DNA of 64,000 nucleotides. It comes from Gemmatimonadales bacterium (GTDB lineage Bacteria > Gemmatimonadota > Gemmatimonadetes > Gemmatimonadales > GWC2-71-9). The stretch lies in contig DATJJY010000088.1 of NCBI GenBank assembly GCA_035491895.1, positions 12,592 to 76,591 on the forward strand. The letters run 5' to 3'. The notes under the pieces were generated by a model. It searched no databases. It saw nothing but the letters and a program-made list of their open reading frames with translations, and had not been told where the DNA came from. Of the stretch, positions 54,364-63,001 are shown one piece after another. Made by a program: the position numbers and the translations under genes. Position 1 is the first letter of the stretch. Every line of letters begins with the position of its first letter.

Positions 54364-55876
54364 GTATTACCTCACGACGGCGATCGACTACTCGAACGGC
54401 GAGCCCCATCTCGGCCACGCGCTCGAAAAGATTGGCGCCGATTGTCTCGCACGCTGGCATCGCTTGAAGGGCGACGACGTCCGGTTCGTCATGGGGATGG
54501 ACGAGCACGGACAGAAGGTCGCGCTGGCCGCCGAGAAGAGCGGGCTCGCCCCCCAGGTGTGGGTCGACCGCATTTCAGAGCAATTCGAGAACACCTGGCG
54601 GCGCCTCCACTGCTCGCACGACGACTGGATTCGCACGACCGAGCCGCGCCACGCGGCGTCGGTGACGGAATTTCTTAACCGCATCAAGCGCCTCCATCCC
54701 GACGATGTCTACGAAGACGAGTACGAGGGGCTGTACTGCGTCGGTTGCGAGGAGTTCAAGTCGGATGCGCAGATCGTGGACGGCCACTGCATCGAGCACC
54801 CCAATCTCGAGCTGCAGCGGATGAAGGAGCGGAACATCTTCTTCCGGCTCTCCCGCTACGCCACGGAGATCCAGCGCCGCATAACCACCGGCGAGTTCGC
54901 CGTCGAGCCGGCCATCCGTCGCAACGAAGTGCTGCGGCTGCTCGAAAACGGGTTGCAGGACACGTCGATCTCGCGGGCGCGCTTCCCGTGGGGGATTCCG
55001 TTCCCCGGTGAAGCCGAGCAGACGGTGTACGTCTGGTTCGACGCGCTCATCAATTACATCACGGCAGCCGGGTTCCCCGCCGCGGGATGGGAGCGACTCT
55101 GGCCCGCCGACCTGCACGTGATCGGCAAGGGGATCACGCGACTGCACTGCGCGCTCTGGCCCGGGATGCTCCTGGCCGCCGAGCTGCCGCTTCCGAGGAT
55201 GGTCTGGGCGCACGGCTACGTGCAATGGGGCGGCGTGAAAGTGTCGAAATCGGCGGGGGGCACGCTCTCAGTCGACGAGGCGATGGAGCGCCATGGCGCC
55301 GACGCGTTACGCTACTATCTGCTGCGGGAGATCGGTTTCGAGAACGACGGCAACTTCACCTGGGAGCGGTTCGACGTCCGCTACACCGCCGATCTCGCCG
55401 ACACCGTGGGCAACCTGGCGTCGCGCGCGCTCGCGATGGTGCACCGCTATCGCGGCGGTGTGGTGCCCGCCGATCCGCGCGGTTTTGCATCGCCGCTCGA
55501 GGACGATGCCCGCCGCCATCTCGACGCCTACGCGCGTGCGATGGACGGCATCGCGCTGGAGCACGGCGCCGCCGAGCTCGTCGCGCTCGCGGGACGGGCC
55601 AATCGCTACGTGGAGGAAACAGCGCCGTGGAAGCTGGCGAAGGAAAAGAACGACGCCGAGCTCGACGCCGTGCTCGCGAACCTGACGCGCACCATCGCGC
55701 GGCTCGCGGTGCTCGCCCTGCCGTTCATCCCGGGCAAGGCGGGCGAGTTGTGGGAGACGCTCGGCGCGCCGCGACCGCTCGCCGAGCTGCGTTTCAACGA
55801 TCTGGTGACGCTCGATCCGACCGGCTGGACGGTCCGCAAAGCGGCCCCCCTCTTCCCGAAGCCCCCAGCCGACTAA
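54335..55876 (+). CDS. metG: methionyl-tRNA synthetase
   Basis: KYYLTTAIDYSNGEPHLGHA (HIGH) and KVSKSAGG (KMSKS). The start is ATG 54335 or GTG 54356, and both overlap the 3' end of the upstream gene. Confidence 0.92.
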   Translation: MGEAEPLVPKYYLTTAIDYSNGEPHLGHALEKIGADCLARWHRLKGDDVRFVMGMDEHGQKVALAAEKSGLAPQVWVDRISEQFENTWRRLHCSHDDWIRTTEPRHAASVTEFLNRIKRLHPDDVYEDEYEGLYCVGCEEFKSDAQIVDGHCIEHPNLELQRMKERNIFFRLSRYATEIQRRITTGEFAVEPAIRRNEVLRLLENGLQDTSISRARFPWGIPFPGEAEQTVYVWFDALINYITAAGFPAAGWERLWPADLHVIGKGITRLHCALWPGMLLAAELPLPRMVWAHGYVQWGGVKVSKSAGGTLSVDEAMERHGADALRYYLLREIGFENDGNFTWERFDVRYTADLADTVGNLASRALAMVHRYRGGVVPADPRGFASPLEDDARRHLDAYARAMDGIALEHGAAELVALAGRANRYVEETAPWKLAKEKNDAELDAVLANLTRTIARLAVLALPFIPGKAGELWETLGAPRPLAELRFNDLVTLDPTGWTVRKAAPLFPKPPAD

Positions 55877-56017
55877 CGCCGTTCGAGCCATCCGCGTGAG
55901 GTCGCTGGGCCGGATGGCGACAATCGGCTTCGGGCATCTTCGGCTGGTTAAGTTGGAACGGCACCAGCGGCTACCATACTGCCCAAGGTCGAGTGACCTG
56001 GATCACACTTTCCGGCG

Positions 56018-56046
56018 TTGACGCTGGGTCCCACCGGTCCTATGTT
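56018..56046 (+). promoter_or_regulatory. sigma-70-like promoter candidate upstream of the M23 peptidase gene
   Basis: TTGACG (56018-23), a 17-nt spacer, then TATGTT (56041-46). AAAGGAG lies just before ATG 56089. Confidence 0.4.
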
Positions 56047-56088
56047 GGTCATCCCCTCCGTTCAGAAGTGGGCACAGGAAAAGGAGAT

Positions 56089-57042
56089 ATGAGGCGTAGC
56101 TCGGAACGGCGCGGCTCTGGTCGGCGCTGGACGGTGATGGTCGTCCCCCACGGCTCGGGTGCATCCCGGGCGGTGGAGGTGTCGCATTCCGTCTTCAAGA
56201 CGCTGGTCGGCATCGGGAGCGTGTTGATGCTCCTGCTCGTCGTGCTGGGCGGCGCCGCGTTGTCGCGCGGTGTGAGTATCACGCGCGGTCGCGTCCTCGA
56301 GCGGGAGAATCACCTGCTCGCCGACGAGATCCAGCGGATGCGCTCGCGCATCGCCGGATTGCACGACACCCTCTCGACCTTCAGTCAGAAGGCGCTGGAG
56401 CTGCGGGTGCTCGCCGGACTGACGCCCACCGATTCGACGGTGCAGCAAGCCGGCATCGGTGGACCGGTCGGCTCGTGGACGGAGCGGGACAGCCTCAACG
56501 CCAGCGGCGAGCTCGGCAACGAAGCGGTCACGGCACGCGAGGATCTCGACGGACTGACGCGCCGGGCGAACATTCTCGTGCGATCGATCAACGAGGCGTA
56601 CGATTCGCTCTCGTCTCATCAGGCGCGCATGGCCGCGACGCCATCGATCATGCCGACCAAGGGATGGCTCACGAGCGCGTTCGCCGCCGAGCGGGTGCAC
56701 CCGATCCTCCATATGGCGCGCCCGCACGAGGGCATCGACGTCGCCGCGCCGATGGGCGCCGAGATCGAGGCCCCGGCCGCCGGCGTCGTCACCGAAGTCA
56801 GCTGGGAAGACGGCTACGGCAACTACCTGACGATCGATCACGGCTATGGCGTCGTGACCAAGTACGCGCATTGCTCCAAGATCCTGGTCGGGCGTGGCAT
56901 GCGCGTAAAGCGCGGCCAGAAGATCGCGCTCGTCGGCTCGACCGGGCTCGCGACCGGCCCGCACCTGCACTACGAGATCTGGGTGAACGGCAAGCCGGTC
57001 AATCCCGTCCACTACGTGATGCCGGACGCCATCGTCGACTAG
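56089..57042 (+). CDS. M23-family peptidoglycan endopeptidase
   Basis: N-terminal TM and coiled coil, then HEGIDVAAP.G..I.A...G.V, GYGNYLTIDHG and GSTG.ATGPHLHYEI. Confidence 0.88.
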   Translation: MRRSSERRGSGRRWTVMVVPHGSGASRAVEVSHSVFKTLVGIGSVLMLLLVVLGGAALSRGVSITRGRVLERENHLLADEIQRMRSRIAGLHDTLSTFSQKALELRVLAGLTPTDSTVQQAGIGGPVGSWTERDSLNASGELGNEAVTAREDLDGLTRRANILVRSINEAYDSLSSHQARMAATPSIMPTKGWLTSAFAAERVHPILHMARPHEGIDVAAPMGAEIEAPAAGVVTEVSWEDGYGNYLTIDHGYGVVTKYAHCSKILVGRGMRVKRGQKIALVGSTGLATGPHLHYEIWVNGKPVNPVHYVMPDAIVD

Positions 57043-57605
57043 TTGTTGAATTGCACCTTCGGGACCGTATCCGCTCCTGCTGATTCCTGAAAATATGCCC
57101 GCGCCTTGGCCCCTGTGACCTTGGCCGTGAGCACCTGCGGAAATCTCCGGATATACGCGTTGTACTGATTGACCGCGTTGTTGTAATCCTGGCGCGACAC
57201 CGCGATCCGGTTCTCCGTCCCGGCGAGCTCGTCGGACAAGCCGCGGAAATTCTCACTCGACTTGAGCTGCGGATAATTCTCCACGATCGCGAGCAGGCGG
57301 CCGAGCGGCGCGTTCAACGCCTGGTTGGCGTCGGCCATCTGCGTCGGATCGCCCGATTGGATCGCCCCCGACAGACGGCTGCGCGCGTTCGCGACCGCCG
57401 TGAAGATGTCGCGCTCCTGCTTCGCGTAGGCCTGGACGGTCGAGACCAGATTGGGAATCAGGTCAGCCCGCCGCTGCAGCTGCACCTTGATCTGCGACAG
57501 TGCCGCAGTCACCTGCTCGTCGTAGGTCTGGATGGTGTTGTACCCGCAGCCGCTCGCGAGCGCCGCGAGCGCCACCATCGACCAATACCGCCGTGGTCGC
57601 TTCAC
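57039..57605 (-). CDS. LemA-family protein (lipoprotein)
   Basis: Lipobox ALASGCGYN, QLQRRADLIPNLV and ENYPQLKSSENF..L..EL.GTENRI...R..YN..V..YN. Confidence 0.85.
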   Translation of the reverse strand: MKRPRRYWSMVALAALASGCGYNTIQTYDEQVTAALSQIKVQLQRRADLIPNLVSTVQAYAKQERDIFTAVANARSRLSGAIQSGDPTQMADANQALNAPLGRLLAIVENYPQLKSSENFRGLSDELAGTENRIAVSRQDYNNAVNQYNAYIRRFPQVLTAKVTGAKARAYFQESAGADTVPKVQFNN

Positions 57606-57630
57606 GCTCTCATCTCCTTGAGGAAAGACA

Positions 57631-58341
57631 TCAGGATCGGTTCACGTAGTCCGCCGTGCGCGCCACCGCCTCGAGGTAGGCGGCCGCGCGCGGGTCGCCG
57701 GGCGCGAGCTTCAGGGGCGCCCGGCCTTCGAGGTGCGCGACGACGTCGGCCAGGTCCTGCGCCGGGAAGCCGATCACCGCGGCACCCGCCAGCACGACCT
57801 CCGCCGGGGTGTCGGGTACCCGTGTTCCGGCGAGCCGCAGCGTGGTGCGCAACATCGTCAAGAGGCTCGCCGCGCTGCCGGCGATCAGCGCCGTGAGGCG
57901 ATGGCCGTCGTGCAGCGCGCTCACATACCCCTGGCGCAGGCGCACCAGCTTGCCGATCAGCTCGTGCTCCAGCTGTCGCTGGACGTCTTCCCGCTGCACC
58001 GTCACGCCCGCCCAGGGGTCGCGTCCCGCGACGACCCGGTGCGCCGCGCGGATGTCCTCGTACTCGATCGCGAACGCATCGGCGGACGCGTGCCACTCGC
58101 GGTCCGAGAGGATAATCGGCGGCGGGTGACCCGCCGTTTGCCACGCCGTGACGACCGGGGCCAGGGTCGTGAGCAACCGCTCATCCACGCCGTCGGCGAT
58201 CAGCAGGGTGTCGATCGATCCGTCGCGCCGGGGCGGAGCGCCCGTGCGGGCCGCGGACCCGTACACGATCAGCGAGACGAGCCGTGCTCCGAGCGCCGCC
58301 GCAACCTGTCCCGCGAATGTGTCGAGCGTCATCGACGCCAT
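57631..58341 (-). CDS. nucleotidyltransferase-fold protein (KNTase/MNT-like N-terminus + helical C-terminus)
   Basis: LVSLIVYGSAARTG...GSIDTLLIA resembles the hG[GS]...D.[DE] NTase signature, but only one carboxylate is obvious. The ATG shares one base with the upstream TGA. Confidence 0.5.
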   Translation of the reverse strand: MASMTLDTFAGQVAAALGARLVSLIVYGSAARTGAPPRRDGSIDTLLIADGVDERLLTTLAPVVTAWQTAGHPPPIILSDREWHASADAFAIEYEDIRAAHRVVAGRDPWAGVTVQREDVQRQLEHELIGKLVRLRQGYVSALHDGHRLTALIAGSAASLLTMLRTTLRLAGTRVPDTPAEVVLAGAAVIGFPAQDLADVVAHLEGRAPLKLAPGDPRAAAYLEAVARTADYVNRS

Positions 58342-59162
58342 CAGAATTTTCCTCCCGCTCCGCCGCCCGAGAATCCGCCCCCACCACCGAACCCGCCAAA
58401 GCCGCCACCGAATCCTCCACCTCCGCCACCACCGAAACCGCCCCAGCGCCCTCCACCTCCACCCCACCGTCCCGATCTCCCCCATCCGCTCAACAGGCTC
58501 AGCCACCACAGCCCGCCCAGAGAGCCGCGACCGGCGCGGGAGAGTGCGCTCAGGAAAATGATAACGGTGAGGAAGATGATGAACGCGACGACGGGGCGCG
58601 GGAACGCCGGCCCCACCGGCCCGGCGGCGAGCGAATCGGGTACGACCGTTGGCGTCGTGAGGGTGACGTGGAACTCGTCCGCGAACGCTTGCGCCAGGAG
58701 GCCGACGCCGATCTCGAGACCCCCGCTGTAGTCTTCGTTCCGGAACGAGGGCGTCATGGCGTCGCGAATGCGGCCGGCCCGAGCGTCGTTGAGGAATCCT
58801 TCCGCCCCCTTGCCCGTGGCGATGAACACCTGTCCGGTACCCGGCTGGTGGTTATGGAGCGGCTCGAGGAGCAGCACCACACCCAGGTTCTTGGAGGGAT
58901 CCCCGGCCTGCCCCGCTCCCCCCAGCTTCCATTGGCGTCCGATCTGGAGCGCGACGTCTCCCGCCTCGCGCCTCCCCAGATCAGCCATGGTCACGACCAC
59001 GATGTCGCCGTGCGTGAGCCGCTGCACCTCCCGCAGCGTTGCTTCCATGCGCGCCGCCGCAGCCGGGTCGATCACGCCGGCGAAGTCGTTGACGAAGCCG
59101 CGCGGCGGCGGCAGGGAGTCGCGCGGCAGCTGGGCAAGTGCGAGCAGCAGGAGCAGTTGCAT
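58341..59162 (-). CDS. TPM-domain protein (YgcG-like) with TM segment and Gly-rich tail
   Basis: Signal peptide, FVNDFAGVI......L......T...IVVVT, a TM segment (VVAFIIFLTVIIFL) and a GGGFGGFGGGGG C-terminus typical of YgcG-type proteins. Confidence 0.75.
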   Translation of the reverse strand: MQLLLLLALAQLPRDSLPPPRGFVNDFAGVIDPAAAARMEATLREVQRLTHGDIVVVTMADLGRREAGDVALQIGRQWKLGGAGQAGDPSKNLGVVLLLEPLHNHQPGTGQVFIATGKGAEGFLNDARAGRIRDAMTPSFRNEDYSGGLEIGVGLLAQAFADEFHVTLTTPTVVPDSLAAGPVGPAFPRPVVAFIIFLTVIIFLSALSRAGRGSLGGLWWLSLLSGWGRSGRWGGGGGRWGGFGGGGGGGFGGGFGGFGGGGGFSGGGAGGKF

Positions 59163-59203
59163 GCGGCGAGAAAGTTATCACGATTCACACAGGACGGCCC
59201 TAC

Positions 59204-62200
59204 CTACCGCGGCGCCTTGATGCTGATCTCCCGGGCCCCGCGTGGCACGGGGGTTTCCGTCGTCCGGCCGCCGGGCCATTGCACCCACAGCGCGCTCGCC
59301 GCGCCGCCCTGTCCCAGCACCTGCACCGCGCCGTCCTCGGACCAATACCCCGACCCGCCGTGCACCTCGCGGGCGGGCCCTTTGCGTACGCCATACTCGA
59401 GCCGCAGCACGGCGCCGATCGCGCGCGGGTTGCCGGCGGGTCCTGCGAGCCGCACGCGCAGCCCCGGCGCGGCGCGCTCGTTGTGATACAGCTTGGTGTC
59501 CGCGCCGTTCTGTGAAATGACGACGTCCACCCGCCCATCGCCGTCGTAGTCCGCGAACGCCGCGCCGCGCTGATCGCCGTACACCTGGATCCCGGACACC
59601 TGGCCGGGCACCGGCGTGAGGCCGCCCGCGCCGTCACCGCGCAGCAACAGGGCTCGGCCGCCATCGTAGCGCGGCGTCCCGATCTCCATGGGAAAGAAGT
59701 TTTGACTCAGCAGCACGTCCTCGGCGCCGTCTCCATCGAAGTCGGCAACCAGAGCGGCGAACGCGGGGGCGAGCTGGGCCTCGCGCGGCAGCGGCACCGG
59801 CTCGAAGCGCGTTCCCCGGTTGACGAACATCATATGGTCCAGCGTCGCGGCGTCGAGCCGCTGCGCGTTGGGGAAGACGGGGCCCAGCACCTGCTGTACG
59901 GTCTCGTTCGCGTACGCGGCGTAGGTCCGCGTCGACAAGCGGATCGCGGGAATGACGCCCATCAGTCGCTCCAGGGCCCCCAGCGGCGCGATGCCCTGCA
60001 GCCGGTCGTCGTACTGCGCTTCGAGCATGTCCAGCCGCCGCGTCCCGGTGAAGTCGCCGAAGTAGAGATAGAGCGGATGCATCGCGTCGACACGATACAG
60101 CGTGTTGCGGCCCCAGCTCGTCGCCACGATGTCGAGCCGCCCGTCCCCATTCACATCGCCGGTCGTCACGCCGTTCCAGCGGCCGACCGTCTCGGAGAGT
60201 CCCCACGCTTGCGTCGCATCGTGCAACCGACCGTGGTCGTTGAGAAAGAGCCGCAACGATCCCCACTCCGGCGCGAGGATCAGGTCGGGCCAGCCGTCGC
60301 CATTCACGTCGGAGAAGACGGCCGCCGAAATGAGTCCCACCTCCTGCAACGGCGCGGAGTTGGCGCTGTCCTGGACGAACCGGCCGCCGACGTTGCGGAA
60401 CAGCCGCGAATTCACCGGCCGTGGATACGCGCCCGGGAGAACCCGCCCACCCACGAACAGGTCGAGACGGCCCTCCCCGTGAACGTCGGCCACGGCGAGC
60501 GGCCCAACGCTCTCGTGGTCGCCGGGGACGACCGGCGCGACGCGGCCTCGGGCATCGATCCCCAGCACGCCGGGCACCGCCGCTGCCTCTTCCGGGGTCC
60601 GGGACTCGTAATTGGATTCGCCAACCAGCAGCTCGGTGCCACCCGTGCCGTCCGGGATGGGGAGCACGGCGGTCTCATCGTAGCTCGCCGCGGGAAGGCG
60701 CAGAGCGACCTTGCTGAAACGGCCACGCACATTGCGGTAGTAGGCGAGCGTGCCGCCACGCCCAGATGTGATCAGCAGGTCCTCCGCCCCATCGCCATCG
60801 ACGTCGTACCAGGTGACCCCCGGTCCCAGGCGGCTCAACGAGAAAGGCAGGAGGGGCTGGCGTTGATAGTCGTTGTACGGGCTCTCGACGTGGCGGTGGC
60901 CGAGCTGGGACGACACGTCGCGGAACCAGGTGTTTTCGCTGCGGCCGGTTGAGTCCGGCGCGGGGCGGCCGATCGAATCGGCTGGGGGCTCCTCGATCTC
61001 GTACTCTCGATTCGGCTTCACGCCGTGAATGACACTCTTCGCACCGCGCCGCCAATCCACCTCGATCGTCAGCTCGGTGGCGCTGCCGGCGGCGAACGTG
61101 TAGAGGGGATCGGAGCCCGAGAGGTACGAACCACCCAGCACCACCTCCTTGCTCTGATCCCGCACCGGTCCGCCGAGCACGTGGATCTTCGAGCCGGCAG
61201 CGGCGGTGTTCGGCGCCCGACCCCGCAGCCGCACCGCGACCCGCGGCGCGCTCGTGGTATTACGGAACACCGCCGGGGGCGCGTCGAGCCGGCTCACGAC
61301 GACGTCCAGGGCGCCATCTCCGTCCAGGTCCCCGGTCGCTATCCCGTGCGAGATCGCGGAATCGACGCCGAAGCCCCATTGCCGGCCGACCTCACTGAAG
61401 GTGAGATCGCCGTTGTTGCGGAAAATGACGTTCGGCTCGGCGAGCTTGGGGAACTGGGCCAGCTCGCGGCGCCACTCGAGGCCGGAGAAGGAGGTGCGGA
61501 TCCGCTCCCACGTGTCGGCGTCCATGATGTCCCAGAGGTGGCCGGTGGTCAGCAGCACATCCTCGTAGCCGTCGAGATCAACGTCGAGGAAGACGGCATC
61601 CCACGACCAGTCCGACGCCGCGACGCCGGCGTAGCCCGCGACCTCGGCGAACGTGCCGTCGCCCCGGTTGAGCTGCAGCGTGTTGCGCTGCCACTGCGGG
61701 CGGTCGTCGATCAGCCCGATCAGCTTGGGGAGCGGCGTGTGGGTGGGCACTTCGGTCTTGCGGCGCAAGCTGCGTCCCAGCATGTCGGCGACGAAAATGT
61801 CGACCGTGCCGTCGCGATCGACGTCCGAGAAATCGACGCCCATCGATGAGTTGCTCGTGGTGCGGAGCGCGAGCCGGGGTGCGGCGCGGAACGCTCCCTT
61901 CCCGTCGTTCAGCCAGAACATGTCCGGATCCTCGAAATCATCGCACACGTAGAGGTCCGGGGTGCCGTCGCCGTCCACATCGGTGAACTTGGCCGACAGG
62001 CCGAAATACTCAGGGGGACTGGCGAGGGGCGTGCCGCCTTCGTCGCGAAAGCGACCGGCGGTCCACGGTACCAGCGTGAAGCGACCCGTTCCATCGTTCA
62101 GGTAGAACCCGTCGGGATCGGCCCGCTGCTGCATCGAAACGAGGTTGTATTCGGGCCGATCGACGACGCGGTATTCGTCGCGAAACTTTGGAACGATCTC

Positions 62201-62896
62201 GAAGCGCTTCCCGACCTGGCGCACCACCTGGTCGAAGCTCCGCTCCTGGGGCGAGTACACGTCCATCGCCGAGCGCGTCTTGTAGTTGGCGACGTAGAGA
62301 TCGAGGTGGCCGTCGCCGTCCACGTCGGTCAGCGTCATCGTCATGCTGCCGGCGTGGCCGCCGAGCCCCGCCGCGACCGTCTGCTCGGTGAACACGCCGT
62401 GCCCGTCGTTGGCGAACAAGGCGACCCCGCCGCCCAGGGTACTGACGAGCAGATCGAGGTCGCCGTCGCCGTCGACATCGGCGAACACCGCACCGGTGGA
62501 ATGCCGCCCCGCCAGCGCGACGCCTGCCCGGGCGGTGATATCCTCGAAGCGCCATCCACCGAGGTTGCGATAGAGCGCGTTGGCGCCCTGGTTTGCTGTC
62601 AGGTAGATGTCGGGGAGCCCGTCGCCGTCCACGTCGCCGATCGCCACACCGCCGCCCTGTGCGAAGTGGCGATTCCACAGGGCACTGTCGAGCGTCACCG
62701 AGTTGATGAAGGTGATCCTCGTGCGGGCGCCCGCAACGGGCTCGAACCCCGGGCGACCGCGCTTGGCGACGACGAGGTCGCGCCAGCGATAGCCCGCCTC
62801 GGCGTGCCAGGATGGTGGCGGGGCTGCCGGCGGTCTGCAGCTCCAGCCGAGCCCGATCAGCGCCAGGCCGGCTGGCAGCACGGCTCGTCGCATCAT
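59204..62896 (-). CDS. CRTAC1-family protein: tandem FG-GAP/VCBS propeller regions + ASPIC/UnbV C-terminal domain
   Basis: Many GDVDGDGxxDI/L repeats (for example GDVDGDGLPDIYLT, ADVDGDGDLDLLVS). The C-terminal RAIGAVLRLEYG...EVHGGSGYWSEDG is UnbV-like. The start with lipobox (MMRRAVLPAGLALIGLGWSC) was chosen at 62896. Confidence 0.75.
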   Translation of the reverse strand: MMRRAVLPAGLALIGLGWSCRPPAAPPPSWHAEAGYRWRDLVVAKRGRPGFEPVAGARTRITFINSVTLDSALWNRHFAQGGGVAIGDVDGDGLPDIYLTANQGANALYRNLGGWRFEDITARAGVALAGRHSTGAVFADVDGDGDLDLLVSTLGGGVALFANDGHGVFTEQTVAAGLGGHAGSMTMTLTDVDGDGHLDLYVANYKTRSAMDVYSPQERSFDQVVRQVGKRFEIVPKFRDEYRVVDRPEYNLVSMQQRADPDGFYLNDGTGRFTLVPWTAGRFRDEGGTPLASPPEYFGLSAKFTDVDGDGTPDLYVCDDFEDPDMFWLNDGKGAFRAAPRLALRTTSNSSMGVDFSDVDRDGTVDIFVADMLGRSLRRKTEVPTHTPLPKLIGLIDDRPQWQRNTLQLNRGDGTFAEVAGYAGVAASDWSWDAVFLDVDLDGYEDVLLTTGHLWDIMDADTWERIRTSFSGLEWRRELAQFPKLAEPNVIFRNNGDLTFSEVGRQWGFGVDSAISHGIATGDLDGDGALDVVVSRLDAPPAVFRNTTSAPRVAVRLRGRAPNTAAAGSKIHVLGGPVRDQSKEVVLGGSYLSGSDPLYTFAAGSATELTIEVDWRRGAKSVIHGVKPNREYEIEEPPADSIGRPAPDSTGRSENTWFRDVSSQLGHRHVESPYNDYQRQPLLPFSLSRLGPGVTWYDVDGDGAEDLLITSGRGGTLAYYRNVRGRFSKVALRLPAASYDETAVLPIPDGTGGTELLVGESNYESRTPEEAAAVPGVLGIDARGRVAPVVPGDHESVGPLAVADVHGEGRLDLFVGGRVLPGAYPRPVNSRLFRNVGGRFVQDSANSAPLQEVGLISAAVFSDVNGDGWPDLILAPEWGSLRLFLNDHGRLHDATQAWGLSETVGRWNGVTTGDVNGDGRLDIVATSWGRNTLYRVDAMHPLYLYFGDFTGTRRLDMLEAQYDDRLQGIAPLGALERLMGVIPAIRLSTRTYAAYANETVQQVLGPVFPNAQRLDAATLDHMMFVNRGTRFEPVPLPREAQLAPAFAALVADFDGDGAEDVLLSQNFFPMEIGTPRYDGGRALLLRGDGAGGLTPVPGQVSGIQVYGDQRGAAFADYDGDGRVDVVISQNGADTKLYHNERAAPGLRVRLAGPAGNPRAIGAVLRLEYGVRKGPAREVHGGSGYWSEDGAVQVLGQGGAASALWVQWPGGRTTETPVPRGAREISIKAPR

Positions 62897-63001
62897 CAGG
62901 GACGCCGGCTCATGCGTCGTCCTCCCCGTGGATGAAAAAGCCAACAGGCGCGCCGAGCCGCGACGCGCCTGTTGGACGACGCTTACTGATTGCGGGCCGC
63001 G

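Noticed and set aside
55877-56088. 212-nt intergenic region after metG inspected for a tRNA, riboswitch or small RNA.
   Set aside because: No cloverleaf or recognisable riboswitch core was seen. It contains only a weak 8-bp hairpin with a 16-nt loop (gccatccg...cggatggc) and a plausible promoter for the M23 gene.
57631-58341. Nucleotidyltransferase gene considered as the MNT half of an MNT/HEPN toxin-antitoxin or defence pair.
   Set aside because: There is no adjacent HEPN-like ORF and no clear Rx4-6H motif in its own C-terminal half. The flanking genes are LemA and TPM.
58355-58500. C/G-rich CCN/CCG tract (GGN on the coding strand) considered as a possible regulatory repeat or G-quadruplex element.
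   Set aside because: It encodes the Gly-rich C-terminal tail (GGGFGGFGGGGG...) that is typical of YgcG/TPM proteins, so coding low complexity explains it.
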